DNA of 64,000 nt from Octopus sinensis (lineage: Eukaryota), in the NCBI RefSeq assembly GCF_006345805.1, contig NC_042999.1:20646001-20710000 (forward strand), given 5' to 3'. Below the pieces are notes generated by a model. It was not told the origin of the DNA. It saw only the letters and a program-made list of their open reading frames with translations, and made no database searches. Shown piece by piece: positions 61,721 through 64,000 of this stretch (positions within the stretch are counted from its first letter, which is position 1; every line of letters begins with the position of its first letter). A program made the translations under genes and the position numbers.

Positions 61721-62585
61721 AACGGGAAGCTTTATGAAAATAAACAAAAGACGAAGGCAGGTGTAGTACAAATAAACAATTGTATTAGTATGGCGCTCAG
61801 GAATATAAATAAAACAAGTCTTTTACGTTTCGAGCCTACGCTCTTCAACAGAAAGATACACAGAAAAGAAACACGGAGAGAAACAAGGAGAGAGAAAAAT
61901 GCGTGCAGAAGCTAACGATTCAACATGGCGATCTGATTCTGGCCGGAAGTCAGAGATCAAACGTGAGACGCAAGAGCGTAAATAGGGGAGATAACAGGGT
62001 CAAATGACTTCGCCCCAACATATGGGTGCGTGTGTGTATGAGAGAGTATGTGGTGCGTATGAAAGGTCTGGACGTGTGTATGTATGTATGATGTGATGTG
62101 TAATGTCGTATGGTGTAGTGTAGAGAGGGGAGATGAGGGGGAGAGTGAGAGAGAGTGGGGGAGGGGAAGAGATGAGGGGGGAATGAGTTTGATGAGGAGG
62201 GGGAGGAGAGAGGAGGGGAGAGGATGAGGGGGGATAGGGGTAGAGAGAAGGGGAGTGAGGGAGCAGAGAGAAAGAGAGAAGGGGAAGAGGGAAGAAGAAA
62301 GAGGAAAGAAGAGGAGAAAAGAAGAGAAGAGGAGGGAAAGAGAGTAGGGGTGAAAAGATGAAGAACCGAAGAGAAGAAGGAGTCGGGGGGGGGGGGAGGT
62401 TAGATGAGGAGGGTGGAAGTCGCGACCAAATGGCGTAAAAGAGCGAAGAGAGAAGATTAATCCTTGTTCACGGCGTAAACAGCAATCCGGATGGCCTCTG
62501 TGCAAGGACAAACCAAACACAGACAGCTGTTGCAAAGAGTGACCGGTGGAGCGGAAATGGCGTGAGACCGGTGTGTCGTTGGCTT
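61721..62585 (-). mobile_element. 5'-truncated Penelope-like retroelement within (TA)n
   Basis: 62580-62413 encodes NDTPVSRHFRSTGHSLQQLSVFGLSLHRGHPDCCLRREQGLIFSLRSFTPFG (GIY-YIG C-terminus), then a CT-rich UTR and a tail with an HHR-like motif. Confidence 0.85.
61819..61856 (-). ncRNA. Hammerhead-like motif with CUGUUGA core
   Basis: TCTTT-CTGTTGA-A-GAGC-GTAG-GCTC-GAAA-CGT-A-AAAGA; perfect helices I and II; A6 replaced by U. Confidence 0.6.
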
Positions 62586-64000
62586 ATATACATATATGAA
62601 TATAAGTATATATACATCTATATATATACGTGTGTGAGTGTGTATGTCTATATACATATACACATGGTACATAAGGAATTTACAACCTCTTAAGATGTGT
62701 TATGCGAGTATAATATAAATGAAATACACCTTTGCTTTTACACATGCACATAACCATTCACCTATGTTTCCTTCATAAACACATTAGGTTATTACCAGGG
62801 ATGCATCAGTTCAGAATGAAACTGTTGTGCTGGAGGCTGGTCATTCGCAGCAAGACATATCGCAGACATGTGACGCTACTTAGTTACCTCCTGTTATATT
62901 CTGATCTCACTGTGATCGACTCTGTATTTCATCCCAAAGTGGTTGACAAATGAAATAAGCGATCTTTATTTCGGTTAGGTTAATTTATTACGCATAATCT
63001 TTCCGAAATTGTCACTAATTTAGAAAGAAGTACTTCATATATGTGTGAAGAATTTTGATTAAACATTTAGCTGCTCCGCTTGCAGTCACAATACAACAAC
63101 GGATTTTTATGCCAAAGCATATTTCCCAACGTTAGAAAGAGAAAGATAGAGGGAGAGTTAGAGATGAAGTGCGATTGAGAGACGTAGTCATTCAGATGAT
63201 GGGTTTATATTACATCAGTTCGTGCAAAGAGGATTTAGATCCATCCGCAGTACGCTGAGTGGTTACTGTCGACATAAGAATGAGTATTTGAGCAAAAGTC
63301 ACGGGTCTGTTTACTGAAATACCCTCAGAAATACTGAGAAAGTTACTGATTTATAATATAACAAACGTTTCTGAGGTTTCTTTTGAGGACCTAGTTCCAT
63401 ACATTGTTTCAAATTTATTATCACGATCGCCATTTTCAACTTATAATTTGATATGATGGTAAATCACCAAAATACTAAGTCTTGAACCTTCTCTGTGAAG
63501 CCTAATAACTTACAACTGGACTTCATCCCTTTCCCTCATAGATTCCACAATTTTCACTTAGCATGAACACTTTCTGCTTACATATTCTCGTGTGCATAAC
63601 GCAAGTATATCGCGAGTAATAGTGTTAGATCATTTGGCATCTTTTCACAATATCTATGTAAGCTGAGATAAAGGAGAATAAACTGGATCAGAGGAACTCA
63701 GTAGAAAATGTACAATAGATGTAAACTCATGACATCGAAGCATATTGTGCAATACCTTATACATCAATCATTTATCTTGTCTCTTTAATAAAAGAACTTC
63801 CCTGGGAAAGTCAAAGCCAGCCGAACAAACAGATATGGTTTTGGTTACTAGAAGGAATAGAGTTTGATTAGCATCACCCAACAATGGCTTTACTTCTCTA
63901 TAACAAATACAATTAATTTTCACGTAAAGATACATCCTGAAGAAGCATGTCAATATGAGATCGACTGACCTCTAGAAATAACAGTTACATCTCACTCACG

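Noticed and set aside
61957-62412. Remainder of the 192-aa minus-strand ORF
   Set aside because: Only the first ~40 aa are GIY-YIG-like; the rest is CT-rich UTR read-through.
62790-63460. Protein-like short frames near the window end
   Set aside because: Interrupted by stops, weak splice signals, no recognisable domain.

Overview
AT-rich, microsatellite-dense eukaryotic DNA. The repeat landscape (three tRNA-derived SINE families, (TA)n/(TAA)n tracts) looks most like an octopus/cephalopod genome; this is an inference, not a database match. No host protein-coding gene could be supported, and most ORF-track entries are microsatellite translations. Recognisable coding relics are Dong/R4-like non-LTR elements in (TAA)n (one 372-aa open zinc-knuckle/RLE C-terminus at 32897-34015), a Tx1/L1-like relic, three mariner relics, two Penelope GIY-YIG relics, a short LTR with a tRNA-Ser PBS, and a deleted 5S rRNA pseudogene. 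The main result is a set of hammerhead ribozyme (HHR) folds found by manual base-pairing. (1) A ~491-bp tandem repeat array at 59481-61336 carries a canonical type I HHR in each complete unit; it is retrozyme-like and has an internal orientation switch. (2) A palindromic element at 56547-57016 has two divergent arms, each built as tRNA-like head, (AAT)n, then minimal HHR. (3) Several Penelope-tail elements carry minimal HHRs, some with covarying or variant cores. Many of these elements share a head-to-head architecture with 3' ends pointing outwards, mostly into (TA)n tracts. None of the folds has been computed or tested. Boundaries of degenerate elements are approximate (about +/-20 bp).
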